This document shows, piece by piece, positions 11,144 to 21,093 of a stretch of DNA of 64,000 nt. A program made the position numbers and the translations under genes. The DNA comes from an uncultured Alphaproteobacteria bacterium (lineage in GTDB: Bacteria; Pseudomonadota; Alphaproteobacteria; Rhizobiales; Xanthobacteraceae). A model generated the notes under the pieces. That model was given only the letters and a program-made list of their open reading frames with translations, searched no databases and was not told where the DNA came from. The stretch spans positions 195,992 to 259,991 of the forward strand of contig CAVQER010000007.1 in the NCBI GenBank assembly GCA_963711595.1, in the 5' to 3' direction. The stretch's first letter is position 1, and every line of letters starts with the position of its first letter.

Positions 11144-12004
11144 TCAAACCTTGCGTTCTCGGAGCAGACCTTCCTGGGCGACCGAGGCGACCAGCGTCCC
11201 CTCGCGCGAGAAAATCAGCCCACGGGCGAAGCCGAGCGCTCCTTCGGCGTTTGGGGTGTCCTGCGCGTAGAGCAACCAGTCATCGGCGCGGAACGGACGA
11301 TGAAACCAGAGCGCGTGATCAAGGCTCGCGCCCTGGATCGTCTTTTCGAACACGGTGCGGCCATGCGGGATGAGAGCGGAGTCGAGCAGCATCATGTCAG
11401 ATGCGTAGGCGAGCACGCATTGATGCACTGCCGGGTCGTCGGGCAGAGGCGCGGTCGAGCGCATCCAAACGTGGAAGCGCGGCGTGCGATGGTCTCGCGA
11501 GAAGTACCGCTTGAATTCGACCGGCCGCATCTCGATCGGCCGCTCGCGTTCGTAGTAGCGCCGTACGGGATCCGGCATCAACGGAAGCGTCCGCTCCTTC
11601 ATTTCCTGCTCGCTCGGCAACTCCTCCGGGTGCGGCACCTTCGGCATCTCAGCCTGGTGCGAAAACCCCCGCTCCTCGCGATGGAACGACACCATCATCG
11701 AGAAAATCGCCTTGCCGTGCTGGATAGCCTTGACGCCCCGCGTCGTGAAGCTGCCGCCATCGCGGATGCGGTCGACGTCGTAGATGATCGGGACCTGCGG
11801 ATCGCCGGGCAGAATAAAGTAGGCGTGCAGCGAATGGGCGAGGCGATTTTCCACGGTTCGGGTCGCCGCGACGAGGGCCTGGCCGATCACCTGTCCACCG
11901 AACACGCGCTGCCATCCGACCTTGGGACTCATGCCGCGATAGAGGTTCACTTCGAGTCGCTCAAGGTCGAGGATCTCGAGAAGGCTCTGGACGGCGCTCG
12001 GCAT
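11144..12004 (-). CDS. tesB: Acyl-CoA thioesterase II
   Basis: ORF 11144..12067; ATG at 12004 gives MPSAVQSLLEILDLERLEVNLYRG. HSLHAYFILPGD and double hot-dog organisation typical of TesB. Confidence 0.85.
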   Translation of the reverse strand: MPSAVQSLLEILDLERLEVNLYRGMSPKVGWQRVFGGQVIGQALVAATRTVENRLAHSLHAYFILPGDPQVPIIYDVDRIRDGGSFTTRGVKAIQHGKAIFSMMVSFHREERGFSHQAEMPKVPHPEELPSEQEMKERTLPLMPDPVRRYYERERPIEMRPVEFKRYFSRDHRTPRFHVWMRSTAPLPDDPAVHQCVLAYASDMMLLDSALIPHGRTVFEKTIQGASLDHALWFHRPFRADDWLLYAQDTPNAEGALGFARGLIFSREGTLVASVAQEGLLRERKV

Positions 12005-12074
12005 GTAAGACCTTCGGAGAGCAATCGGCGGGAGAGCCGAATTGCGCTTCCCGGGGTGCGGCGTCAAGTAGGCG

Positions 12075-13349
12075 ATGTCGTCCGCTCAAGCGCGCTTGGG
12101 TTACACTAAGACCATGACAGGCAAAGCGGTTCGGCCTCACGTCAATGTCGTCGTCGCCGGCGCAGGTGCGCCGGGGCTCGCGCTAGCCACGGCTCTAGGC
12201 CGCGCGCTCAAACGACGATTCTCCGTGGTGGTGTGCGATCCGGCAATCGGCAGCGTGCCGCCGGCGGATGATCGAGTTTCGGCGATCGCGGGCGGTGCGC
12301 GCCGTTTGCTGACTGCGCTCGGTGCGTGGCAGCACCTCGCCGCGCAGGCGCAGCCGATTGTCGAAATGGAGATCACCGATAGCCGGCTGGACGACGCGGT
12401 GCGGCCGACCTTTTTGTCATTCGATTCCCCCCGTGAGGACGACGAGCCGCTCGCGCACATGATCGAGAACCGCGCGGTGCTTCTGGCATTGCGTGCGGCT
12501 GCAAGCGAGGCCGGTGTCGAGCTCGTCGCGAAAGCCGTTGAAAGCTTTTCCGCGCAAACAGAATTCGTCGACGTGCAGGCGACGGGTGGCGACATCCTGC
12601 GGGCGCAATTGCTCGCGGCGGCCGATGGTCCGCAGTCGAAACTGCGCGACCTTGCCGGTATCAAGACGGTCTCTTGGACTTACGGTCAATCCGGAATCGT
12701 CGCGACGATCGGCCATGAGCGCGACCACGGTGGCCGGGCCGTGCAGCATTTTCTCGCCGGCGGGCCGTTCGCCATCCTGCCGCTCAAGGGACGGCGGTCG
12801 TCCATCGTATGGACCGAGCCGACGGAAGAAGCCGATCGTTTGGTGGCGTTGGCGCCTGGCGAATTTCACACGGAGCTGGAGCGGCGCTTCGGCCTCAAGC
12901 TTGGCGAAATCGAAGTGTTGTCGCCACCGCGCGTGCATCCGCTCGGCTTCAGCGTGGCGCGCAGTTTTGTCGGCGAGCGTTTTGCGCTGCTGGGCGATGC
13001 CGCGCACCTCATTCATCCGATTGCGGGGCAGGGGCTCAATCTGGGCCTGCGCGACGTTGCTGCGCTCGCCGAATGCGCCGTCGAGGGCGCGCGACTTGGT
13101 CTCGACGTCGGCAGCCCGGAAGTGCTGACGCGGTACGAACGTTGGCGCCGTTTCGACACGGCAGCGATGGGGTTTACGACCGACGCGCTGAACCGCCTGT
13201 TTTCGAATCGCTCGGACGCATTGAAGATTTTGCGCGACGTCGGACTCGGGCTTGTCGAGCGTGCGCCGCGGGTGAAGGAGTTTCTTTCGGCCGAAGCGGG
13301 CGGTTCGATCGGAGAGGTACCGAAACTATTGCGCGGCGAAGCCCTCTGA
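12075..13349 (+). CDS. UbiH/UbiF/VisC/COQ6-family FAD-dependent ubiquinone-biosynthesis hydroxylase
   Basis: 424 aa. N-terminal GxGxxG (VVVAGAGAPGLALA) and GDAAHLIHPIAGQGLNLGLRD motif. Start could instead be ATG 12114. Confidence 0.8.
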   Translation: MSSAQARLGYTKTMTGKAVRPHVNVVVAGAGAPGLALATALGRALKRRFSVVVCDPAIGSVPPADDRVSAIAGGARRLLTALGAWQHLAAQAQPIVEMEITDSRLDDAVRPTFLSFDSPREDDEPLAHMIENRAVLLALRAAASEAGVELVAKAVESFSAQTEFVDVQATGGDILRAQLLAAADGPQSKLRDLAGIKTVSWTYGQSGIVATIGHERDHGGRAVQHFLAGGPFAILPLKGRRSSIVWTEPTEEADRLVALAPGEFHTELERRFGLKLGEIEVLSPPRVHPLGFSVARSFVGERFALLGDAAHLIHPIAGQGLNLGLRDVAALAECAVEGARLGLDVGSPEVLTRYERWRRFDTAAMGFTTDALNRLFSNRSDALKILRDVGLGLVERAPRVKEFLSAEAGGSIGEVPKLLRGEAL

Positions 13350-13352
13350 CGG

Positions 13353-13559
13353 TCAGCGCTTGGCGATCTCGGCCTCGTCGAGCTTGCGCGCCTCCTCAGG
13401 CAGCATGATCGGAATCCCGTCGCGGATCGGATAGGCGAGCTTGGCTGAGCGCGAGATCAGTTCCTGCCGCTCGCGATCGTACTCTAGCGTGCTCTTGGTA
13501 AGCGGGCAGACGAGGATCTCGAGGAGTTTCGGATCGATTGTGTTGCGGCTCTCGGGCAT
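13353..13559 (-). CDS. Trm112-family protein (UPF0434)
   Basis: 68 aa. [14 protein letters not shown]...[12 protein letters not shown] is the family signature. Confidence 0.8.
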   Translation of the reverse strand: MPESRNTIDPKLLEILVCPLTKSTLEYDRERQELISRSAKLAYPIRDGIPIMLPEEARKLDEAEIAKR

Positions 13560-13579
13560 TGTGCCTCCGGCTGTCGGCC

Positions 13580-14254
13580 TTACTGCAAGGATTTCTCGCC
13601 GTCGCTACCTCTTTCCGCAAGCGCAAATTCGGTCACGGCGATCAGCAGATCGGCCCGGGCCTTAAGATCGGCCGCTTCCAGAAGCGCCTGTTTCTCTCGC
13701 GGGCCGTAGGGCGACATCATGGAGAGCCCGTTCACGAGCGCCTCGATCGGCGCTTCGCGGATGCCGGCCCAGTCGGCCTCGATGCGATTGGCGTCGAGGT
13801 AATTGGCAAGCGCCTTCATGAGCGCCTCGCGATCGACGTCCGCGCCTTCGCTCGGCGTGAAGTCCGCGGCGAAGGGGCCGAAGTCGACGCGGCATCGGCG
13901 ATACAGGGTCGGCACGACCTGCTCATCGCGAACTTGGAAGCGGGCGATCCCGGTTAGCGTGATGAGATAACGACCGTCGCCGGTTTCTGCAAGCTGGGTG
14001 ATCCGGCCGACGCAGCCAACCGAATAGAGGGGCGGCTGCATGGGTGATGCGGCCTTCGCTTCATCGGGCTGGATCATCCCGATCAGGCGCGCGCCCTTCA
14101 TCGCATCATCGATCATGGCAACATAACGCGTCTCGAAGACGTTGAGCGGCAATTGCCCGCGCGGCAGCAGCAACGCGCCGGGCAACGGGAATACCGGAAT
14201 CACGTCCGGCAGATCGGCGGGTCCGCGATAGACGACATTCGACGCCATGAGCAC
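13580..14254 (-). CDS. LON peptidase substrate-binding (Lon N-terminal) domain protein
   Basis: 224 aa. [26 protein letters not shown] is typical of the Lon N-terminal domain. No ATPase or protease part. Confidence 0.75.
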   Translation of the reverse strand: MLMASNVVYRGPADLPDVIPVFPLPGALLLPRGQLPLNVFETRYVAMIDDAMKGARLIGMIQPDEAKAASPMQPPLYSVGCVGRITQLAETGDGRYLITLTGIARFQVRDEQVVPTLYRRCRVDFGPFAADFTPSEGADVDREALMKALANYLDANRIEADWAGIREAPIEALVNGLSMMSPYGPREKQALLEAADLKARADLLIAVTEFALAERGSDGEKSLQ

Positions 14255-14277
14255 CTCCGCATCGGAGGACTTACTCG

Positions 14278-15192
14278 TCAGGCAAACAGCAAGGATGACA
14301 GACGACGACGGCCTTCGATTGTCATTTCATCGGTGGGCCCCCACGCCTCGAAGAACTGGACGAGTTGCTTGCGCGCCGCGTCGTCGTTCCAGGTGCGGTT
14401 GCGCCGTACGATCTCGAGCAGATGGTCGAGCGCGGCCTCGCGCTTTCCGCTCGCGTTGAGCGCCACTGCGAGATCGAAGCGCGCCTGATGGTCGAGCACG
14501 TTCGCTGCGACCTTCTTCTCGAGTTCTGAAAGATCGCCAACCGAGGCCGCTCGCTCTGACAAGTCGAGCGCAGCACGCACCGCGGCCACGGCTGGATCGT
14601 TCTCCTTGTTTTTGGGGATGAGCCCCAGCGTCTGGCGAGCAGCGGCCGGATTGCCGGCATTGAGGTGCGAGCGGGCGAGGCCGCTCAACGCAGGCACATT
14701 TTCCGGCTCCTCCGCGAGGACCTGAGCGAAAAGCTCTGCCGCGGCGGCGGCATCGCCAGCTGCGAGCGCTTCCTCCGCGAGCTTCAGCACGTCGGTCGCG
14801 CCGCCGCCGCCTTCGACCTTACCGGTCAGGCGTTCGATGAAGGCATTCACTTGGCTTTCGGGCAGCGCTCCCATGAAGCCGTCGACCGGCTGGCCATTCA
14901 CGAAGGCAAAGACTGTCGGGATTGATTGAATGCCGAGCTGCGAGGAAATCTGCGGATGCTCGTCGATGTTCATCTTGACGAGCTTCACCTTTCCGTTCGC
15001 GGCGCGCACGGCTTTTTCGAGGACCGGGCCCAGCGTTTTGCACGGACCGCACCACGGGGCCCAGAAATCGACGAGCACGGGCCGCTTCCGCGATTCCTCG
15101 ATCACGTCCTTCATGAACGTCTTCGTGGTCGTATCGGAGACGAGATCGCCGCCCGGCGCGGGGGGTGCGGCTTGTCCCTGATTCAGCAACAT
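14278..15192 (-). CDS. Thioredoxin-domain protein with C-terminal TPR region (YbbN/CnoX-like)
   Basis: ORF 14278..15210 (GTG); ATG at 15192. WAPWCGPCK active site followed by TPR-like Ala-rich repeats. Confidence 0.85.
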   Translation of the reverse strand: MLLNQGQAAPPAPGGDLVSDTTTKTFMKDVIEESRKRPVLVDFWAPWCGPCKTLGPVLEKAVRAANGKVKLVKMNIDEHPQISSQLGIQSIPTVFAFVNGQPVDGFMGALPESQVNAFIERLTGKVEGGGGATDVLKLAEEALAAGDAAAAAELFAQVLAEEPENVPALSGLARSHLNAGNPAAARQTLGLIPKNKENDPAVAAVRAALDLSERAASVGDLSELEKKVAANVLDHQARFDLAVALNASGKREAALDHLLEIVRRNRTWNDDAARKQLVQFFEAWGPTDEMTIEGRRRLSSLLFA

Positions 15193-15278
15193 GCGGCGCT
15201 CCAGATGCACGGGAACCGAAAACCGAGGGAATACATGGGAGTTTCAGCGAGCGAATGCAATCGCAGCGCTGCTGCAGT

Positions 15279-15795
15279 TCAGCCGGCGCCGGCTTCGGCC
15301 CCAGAGATCGGCATAATACGGGGTTCGTGGCCGGTCTCACGGAGAAAGCGCAGCAGATCGGCGGTCGCGATGCGGGTCGTCCCCGTGTTCACGAGCGGGT
15401 GACAGTTAAGCTCTGTTTGCGCAGCGAGCGCAGCGTCAATCAGAATGGAGACACGTCCTTCCTTATCGTTCATCGCGGCGAACGCTGTCACCGAGCCGGG
15501 TTCGACACCGAGCGTCGCACGCAAGAGATCCGGCTTGCCAAATGAGAGGCGGCCGGATGCGCCGATGCGCCGATGCAGCTGTTTCAGATCGATCTCTGCG
15601 CTCTCCTCGGCCACGACGAGAAAAAGGCGGTCCTTGCGGTCGACCAGAAACAAGTTCTTCGTGTGTGCGCCCGAGATTTGGCCGCGCAATTCGCGTGACT
15701 GCTCGACGGTGAAGAGAGGCGGATGGCGTGACGGTCGAGTAGGAAATCCCGAGCCGATCGAGGAGGGCGAACAGGTCGTCGGGTGTGGCGGACAT
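15279..15795 (-). pseudogene. ProX/YbaK-family aminoacyl-tRNA deacylase, interrupted by a 1-nt insertion (or sequencing error)
   Basis: N-terminus MSATPDDLFALLDRLGISYSTVT comes from ORF 15463..15810. The remainder, HPPLFTVEQSRELRGQISGAHTKNLFLVD..., is in the frame of ORF 15279..15689. The two frames join if one G of the GG at 15725-15726 is skipped. Length 517 nt = 3n+1. Confidence 0.75.
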
Positions 15796-15901
15796 CGGGT
15801 GAGGGAACACTCGAGGGAGAAAGCCTAGTAGCGATTCATTCGGTGATCGCGCAAGGTTGCATTGGCGGCCCTACTTGTCATAGAACCGCGCCCCTATGGA
15901 T

Positions 15902-15976
15902 GCGGGTGTAGCTCAGGGGTAGAGCACAACCTTGCCAAGGTTGGGGTCGTGGGTTCGAATCCCATCGCCCGCTCCA
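15902..15976 (+). tRNA. tRNA-Gly (anticodon GCC), CCA encoded
   Basis: Manual cloverleaf: acceptor GCGGGTG/CGCCCGC, D arm GCTC-AGGGGTA-GAGC, anticodon arm CAACC-TTGCCAA-GGTTG, T arm GTGGG-TTCGAAT-CCCAT, then T-CCA. Confidence 0.9.
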
Positions 15977-16225
15977 ATAGGTTCTCTGACATCGCGAATT
16001 CGTGCATGGCGCGCGTGCGGCTCACCCCGGGTTCGCTGAATCTCGCCGCTGTCCGCGCCCGCTTCGGGAACGGCGTCACGCTTGTCGGCTTGTAGCAATC
16101 GGTGACTAGACTGATGATTGCCGCATTGCGGGAGTGCCGACACTCGACAGGGTGCGTCCGTGAGCCGAAAAGCTAGTGCGGGAAGCCGTCGCGATTCGTC
16201 CAACAGCGGCGAACGAGAGGCCGCG

Positions 16226-19200
16226 ATGAAAGCCGACGCCGCGCAAGCTGGCAGAAAAGGCGATTTGACGAAAGAAGTGCCATCGGACATCGCGCGCGCG
16301 CTTGCCGACGGCGCGGATCTGCCGCGTGATTTTCTCGCCGCGCTGTTTGGCCGCGCAGCGCCGGAAGACCTCGTCCACTACTCCGCGAATGAACTCGCGA
16401 CACTCGGCAAGGCGACATTCGCGCACCTGCAGAGCCGCGTTCCCGGCACGCCGAAGATTCGAGTGGAGAATCCGGCGTCCGCGACGAGCGCGCGGCGGCT
16501 CGAGAGCATCACGGTCATCGAAGTCGTGAACGATGATATGCCGTTCCTGCTCGACTCGGTCATGGGCGAGCTGAACGAGCAAGGTGTATCGCTCCTTCTC
16601 GTCGTGCATCCGATCTTCAGCGTCGAGCGCAACCGCGACGGGACGCTCGCCTCGTGGAACGGCGAGGCCGGACCGGACAAGAAGGGTCTGCGCGAGAGCG
16701 TCATTCAGATTCATGTCGAACGCATCGATGCGGAGCAGGCCGAGAACATCGCCTCGGCACTGCAGAGTGTCCTCGCAGAGGTTCGCACGTGCGTTTCCGA
16801 CTGGCGGGAAATGCGCGGTCGGGTTCACGCAGCGATCGAGAACCTCAAGGAAAATCCGCCGCCTCTCCCAACCGAAGAAGTCGCGGAAGCGATCGCGTTC
16901 CTCGAGTGGCTCGCTGCCGACAATTTCACATTTCTTGGAACGCGCGAATACCAGTTCACCGATTCCGCCGACCGGGAAATGCTCGAGGCGGTTCGTGATA
17001 CCGGGCGCGGAATTCTTCGCGACGCCGGGCTGCACGTGCTGAGACGCGGCGGAAAGCTCGTTACGACCACACCCGAACTGCGCGAGTTCCTGCGCGAGCC
17101 GAAGGCTCTGATCATCACCAAGGCAAACGTGCGCGCGCGCGTGCATCGGCGCGTCTACATGGACTATGTCGGGGTGAAGCGCTTCGACGCGCGGGGGCGC
17201 GTCGTCGGTGAATTCCGCATCGTCGGCTTGTTTACGTCGACCGCCTACACGCGGCGCGCGGCCGTCATTCCTTATCTTCGCCGCAAGATCGAGAAAGTTC
17301 TTGCGCGTGCACGGTTCGATCCCGCGAGCCACTCCGGCAAGGCGCTCGTCAATGTCCTTGAGAACTATCCGCGCGACGAGCTTTTCCAGATCGATGAGGA
17401 GTTGCTGTACCGGTTTTCGCTCGAGATCCTTCAGCTCGAGGAACGTCCGCGCGTGCGCGTACTCGCGCGGCCGGACAAATTCGATCGCTTCGTTTCGATT
17501 CTCGTGTTCGTTCCGCGCGAGCGATACGACAGCGACGTGCGAGCGAGAATCGGCAGCCATCTCGCGGACGCATATCAGGGCCGCGTTTCTGCGTTTTACC
17601 CTTACTTCCCTGACGGTCCGCTTACGCGCGTCCACTTCATCATCGGTCGCGACGAAGGAAAGACACCATCTCCGGAGCAGGGCGAACTGGAAGCCGCCGT
17701 TGAACGCATTGTACGCGACTGGGGCGATCAGCTCGTTTCTGAGTTGGTTGCAGCCCAAGAGCCGTCCCAGGCGCGCGAACTCGGGCGTCGCTATCGCGAT
17801 GCTTTTTCCGCAGGCTACCGCGCCACTTATGCGCCGTCGGACGCCGTCAAGGACATTCGCGTTCTTGAATCGTTGTCCAGGGAAAATCCGATCGCCGTTG
17901 GATTGTATCGTGGCGAAGCCGGGGATGCGGCGCACGCCAATCTGAAGATCTTCAGCCGCGGTCGGCCGCTGCCACTGTCGGATCGCGTTCCGGTACTGGA
18001 AAACATGGGTTTTATCGTCGTTGACGAACAAACCTTCACGATCGGCCAAGGCGAGGACGGCTGCTGGCTGCACGACATGCTGCTCGCCCGCGCAGGCGGA
18101 GGCGAGATCGATCTGAAGGCGCTGAGCGGCCGGCTCGAAAGCACGATGATGGCGATGGCACGCGGCCGCTTGGAAAGCGACGGCTTCAATGCACTTGTCC
18201 TCGCAGCCGGCCTGCCGTGGCGCGACGTGTCGCTCGTGCGCGCGTTCGCGCGCTACTTGCGGCAGGTGCGCGTACCGTTCAGCCAGGACTACCTTTGGAC
18301 GACGCTCGTGCGGCACGCTGCGATCGCCGCGAAGATCGTGACCCTCTTCCACATGCGTTTCGACCCGCGCATCGAGATCGACATGGGGGAGCGCGGCACG
18401 CGAGAAGCCGCGATCCGCACGGACATCGAACGGTTGCTCGATGCAGTGGAAAGCCTCGACGAGGATAAGATTCTGCGTTCCTTCACCAATCTCGTCGGCG
18501 CGGCCGTGCGCAGCAATTTCTATCAGGTGGGTGCCGACGGGCAGGCAAAGCCCGTAATCTCCATCAAGTTCGCGAGCGGGAAGATCGATGATCTGCCGGC
18601 GCCGCGCCCGCTCTACGAGATCTTCGTGTACTCGCCGCGCGTGGAGGGAATTCACCTCCGCTTCGGAAAGGTCGCACGCGGAGGCATCCGCTGGTCCGAC
18701 CGCCCGCAAGATTTCCGCACCGAAGTGCTTGGCCTTGTGAAGGCGCAGCAGGTGAAGAACGCGGTCATCGTACCGTTCGGTGCGAAAGGCGGCTTTGTCC
18801 CGAAACAGATGGCCGCAGGTGCGACACGCGAAGCCGTGTTGGCGGAGGGGACCGCAAGCTACGAGATTTTCATCACCAGCCTCATCGAGATCACCGACAA
18901 TCTCGGCCCGCAAGGCGTGCTGCCGCCGCCCGATGTCGTCCGGCATGACGACGACGATCCGTATCTCGTGGTCGCCGCCGACAAGGGAACGGCGATGTTC
19001 TCGGATCTCGCCAACTCGATCGCCCAGCGGCACGGTTTTTGGCTCGGCGATGCGTTCGCGAGTGGCGGCTCGGCCGGTTACGACCACAAGAAGATGGGCA
19101 TCACCGCCCGCGGCGCATGGGAGGCCGTGAAGCGACACTTCCGTGAAATGGACGTCGACATCCACACGACGCTCTTCACGGTGGCGGGAGTCGGCGATAT

Positions 19201-21061
19201 GTCGGGCGACGTGTTTGGCAATGGGATGCTGCTTGAGAAGACCATCCGGTTGGTCGCGGCTTTCGACCATCGCGACATTTTCATCGACCCGGCGCCTGAC
19301 CCGCAGCGTTCGTTCGCGGAGCGCAAGCGGCTATTCGACCTGCCGCGCTCGAGCTGGCAGGACTACGACAAGAAATTCATTTCCGCTGGGGGTGGCGTGT
19401 TCTCACGCCGCGCAAAAAGTATTCCGCTATCCGTCGAGGCCCGGCAGCTGCTTGGAATCGAAGCAGCAGAAACAACGCCCGCCGAAGTGATGAAGGCGAT
19501 TCTGAAGTTGCCGGTCGACCTGCTCTGGTTCGGCGGTATCGGTACTTATGTGCGGTCTACGAGCGAGAACGACGAGCGCGTCGGCGATCGTGCGAACGAC
19601 ACGATCCGTGTCACGGGAGCGGAACTCGGTTGCAAAGTGATCGGAGAGGGCGCCAATCTCGGCATGACGCAGCTCGGCCGCGTCGAGGCCGCACGTTGCG
19701 GCATTCGATTGAACACCGACGCGATCGACAATTCCGCAGGCGTCAATTCCTCCGACATGGAGGTCAACATCAAGATCGTGCTGAGCATTCCGATGCGCGA
19801 GAGAAGGCTCACGCTGGAGGCGCGGAACGAGCTGCTCGGCCACATGACGGATGAGGTCGCCCGCCTCGTCTTGCGCAATAACTATTTGCAAACACTCGCG
19901 CTTTCGCTGGCCGAGCGGAGTGGTGCGGAAGATCTCGGATTCGAGAATCGCCTCATGCAGTTGCTTGAAGCGCGCGATCTGCTGAATCGCGGTGTCGAGT
20001 TCCTTCCGTCCGATTCGGAGATCGCTGAGCGGCGGCTGCGTGGACTGAGTCTTACGCGCCCGGAGCTGGCCGTGCTGCTTGCCTATGCGAAAATCTCACT
20101 GTTTCAAGATCTGCTCGACTCGGATGTGCCGGACGATCCTTATCTCGCGCGAGAGCTCTTCCGATATTTCCCGAAGGCGATCAGCGAGCGCTTCCGCGAC
20201 GCCGTCGAAGCGCATCGTCTGCGACGCGAAATCATTGCAACGATGCTCGCCAACTCGATAATCAATCGTGGTGGGCCGTCATTCGTCGCGCGCGTAGCCG
20301 ACGAGACGGGAGCGGAGGCGCCGGCAATCGCGAAGGCTTTCGCGGCGGCGCGGGACTCCTATGCAATGACCGACCTGAACGCGGAGATCGATGCGCTCGA
20401 CGGGAAGGTGAGCGGGGCAATCCAGCTGTCACTCTATTCCAAAGTGCAGGATCTTCTACTCGATCGAGTGGATTGGTTCCTGCGCAACGTGGATTTGTCG
20501 CGCGGTCTTGCCGAGATCGTTGCGCACTATCGCAGTGGCATCAGCAATGTGGATGCTGCCTTGGCAAAGACGCTGCCAGAGGGCCAACAAGCGGCGCGTA
20601 CGGCGCGCGCCTCGAAACTGACTGCCGCCGGCGTGCCGGATCGCCTCGCAATGAGGGTGGCGAGCTTACCCGAGCTTGCTGCGGCGCCAGACATCACCAT
20701 GGTAGCCGACGGCACAAAGCGGCCGATCGAAGCCGTGACCGGGGTCTATTTCTCGGTAGCAGCGTATTTTCGTTTGCATCGCATCCTCGCCGCGGCTCAA
20801 GCGATCGAGCTCAAGGATCATTTCGACCGCCTCGCGCTTGATCGCGCGCTCGTCCAGATCGCCTCAAGCGAGCGGGCGCTCACGGCCGAGGCATTGGCGA
20901 CAGGCAAGACCGGCGAAGATGCCGTTCAGGCATGGGTCGAGCAGCGTGGGCGGGAAATCGAACGTGCGCGCGCGGCGATTCACGATATCGCTGGCAGCGG
21001 CCTCACCTTGTCGAAGCTCGTGGTGGCGGTCGGCTTGCTTTCCGATCTCGCGAAAAGCTGA
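16226..21061 (+). CDS. gdhB: Large NAD-specific glutamate dehydrogenase (about 1600-aa bacterial class)
   Basis: ORF 16118..21061. ATG at 16226 preceded by GAGAGG. The size and the catalytic region (GGIRWSDR, VKAQQVKNAVIVPFGAKGGF) match the giant NAD-GDH family. Confidence 0.9.
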   Translation: MKADAAQAGRKGDLTKEVPSDIARALADGADLPRDFLAALFGRAAPEDLVHYSANELATLGKATFAHLQSRVPGTPKIRVENPASATSARRLESITVIEVVNDDMPFLLDSVMGELNEQGVSLLLVVHPIFSVERNRDGTLASWNGEAGPDKKGLRESVIQIHVERIDAEQAENIASALQSVLAEVRTCVSDWREMRGRVHAAIENLKENPPPLPTEEVAEAIAFLEWLAADNFTFLGTREYQFTDSADREMLEAVRDTGRGILRDAGLHVLRRGGKLVTTTPELREFLREPKALIITKANVRARVHRRVYMDYVGVKRFDARGRVVGEFRIVGLFTSTAYTRRAAVIPYLRRKIEKVLARARFDPASHSGKALVNVLENYPRDELFQIDEELLYRFSLEILQLEERPRVRVLARPDKFDRFVSILVFVPRERYDSDVRARIGSHLADAYQGRVSAFYPYFPDGPLTRVHFIIGRDEGKTPSPEQGELEAAVERIVRDWGDQLVSELVAAQEPSQARELGRRYRDAFSAGYRATYAPSDAVKDIRVLESLSRENPIAVGLYRGEAGDAAHANLKIFSRGRPLPLSDRVPVLENMGFIVVDEQTFTIGQGEDGCWLHDMLLARAGGGEIDLKALSGRLESTMMAMARGRLESDGFNALVLAAGLPWRDVSLVRAFARYLRQVRVPFSQDYLWTTLVRHAAIAAKIVTLFHMRFDPRIEIDMGERGTREAAIRTDIERLLDAVESLDEDKILRSFTNLVGAAVRSNFYQVGADGQAKPVISIKFASGKIDDLPAPRPLYEIFVYSPRVEGIHLRFGKVARGGIRWSDRPQDFRTEVLGLVKAQQVKNAVIVPFGAKGGFVPKQMAAGATREAVLAEGTASYEIFITSLIEITDNLGPQGVLPPPDVVRHDDDDPYLVVAADKGTAMFSDLANSIAQRHGFWLGDAFASGGSAGYDHKKMGITARGAWEAVKRHFREMDVDIHTTLFTVAGVGDMSGDVFGNGMLLEKTIRLVAAFDHRDIFIDPAPDPQRSFAERKRLFDLPRSSWQDYDKKFISAGGGVFSRRAKSIPLSVEARQLLGIEAAETTPAEVMKAILKLPVDLLWFGGIGTYVRSTSENDERVGDRANDTIRVTGAELGCKVIGEGANLGMTQLGRVEAARCGIRLNTDAIDNSAGVNSSDMEVNIKIVLSIPMRERRLTLEARNELLGHMTDEVARLVLRNNYLQTLALSLAERSGAEDLGFENRLMQLLEARDLLNRGVEFLPSDSEIAERRLRGLSLTRPELAVLLAYAKISLFQDLLDSDVPDDPYLARELFRYFPKAISERFRDAVEAHRLRREIIATMLANSIINRGGPSFVARVADETGAEAPAIAKAFAAARDSYAMTDLNAEIDALDGKVSGAIQLSLYSKVQDLLLDRVDWFLRNVDLSRGLAEIVAHYRSGISNVDAALAKTLPEGQQAARTARASKLTAAGVPDRLAMRVASLPELAAAPDITMVADGTKRPIEAVTGVYFSVAAYFRLHRILAAAQAIELKDHFDRLALDRALVQIASSERALTAEALATGKTGEDAVQAWVEQRGREIERARAAIHDIAGSGLTLSKLVVAVGLLSDLAKS

Positions 21062-21093
21062 AACAATCGGCGTGCCCGTCCCGTAGATCCCTC

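Noticed and set aside
15902-15976. Genomic islands or integrated elements at the three tRNA genes (15902-15976, 39532-39606, 47040-47115)
   Set aside because: I found no integrase, no direct repeat of a tRNA 3' end, and no compositional break. The flanking genes are conserved housekeeping or transport genes.
16106-19270. 1054-aa ORF on the minus strand, the second-longest ORF in the window
   Set aside because: It is entirely antisense to gdh and in exact codon register with it. The absence of stops follows from gdh never using TTA, CTA or TCA codons. The translation is low-complexity and Arg/Ala/His-rich with no recognisable domain. I treat it as a GC-bias artefact, not a gene.
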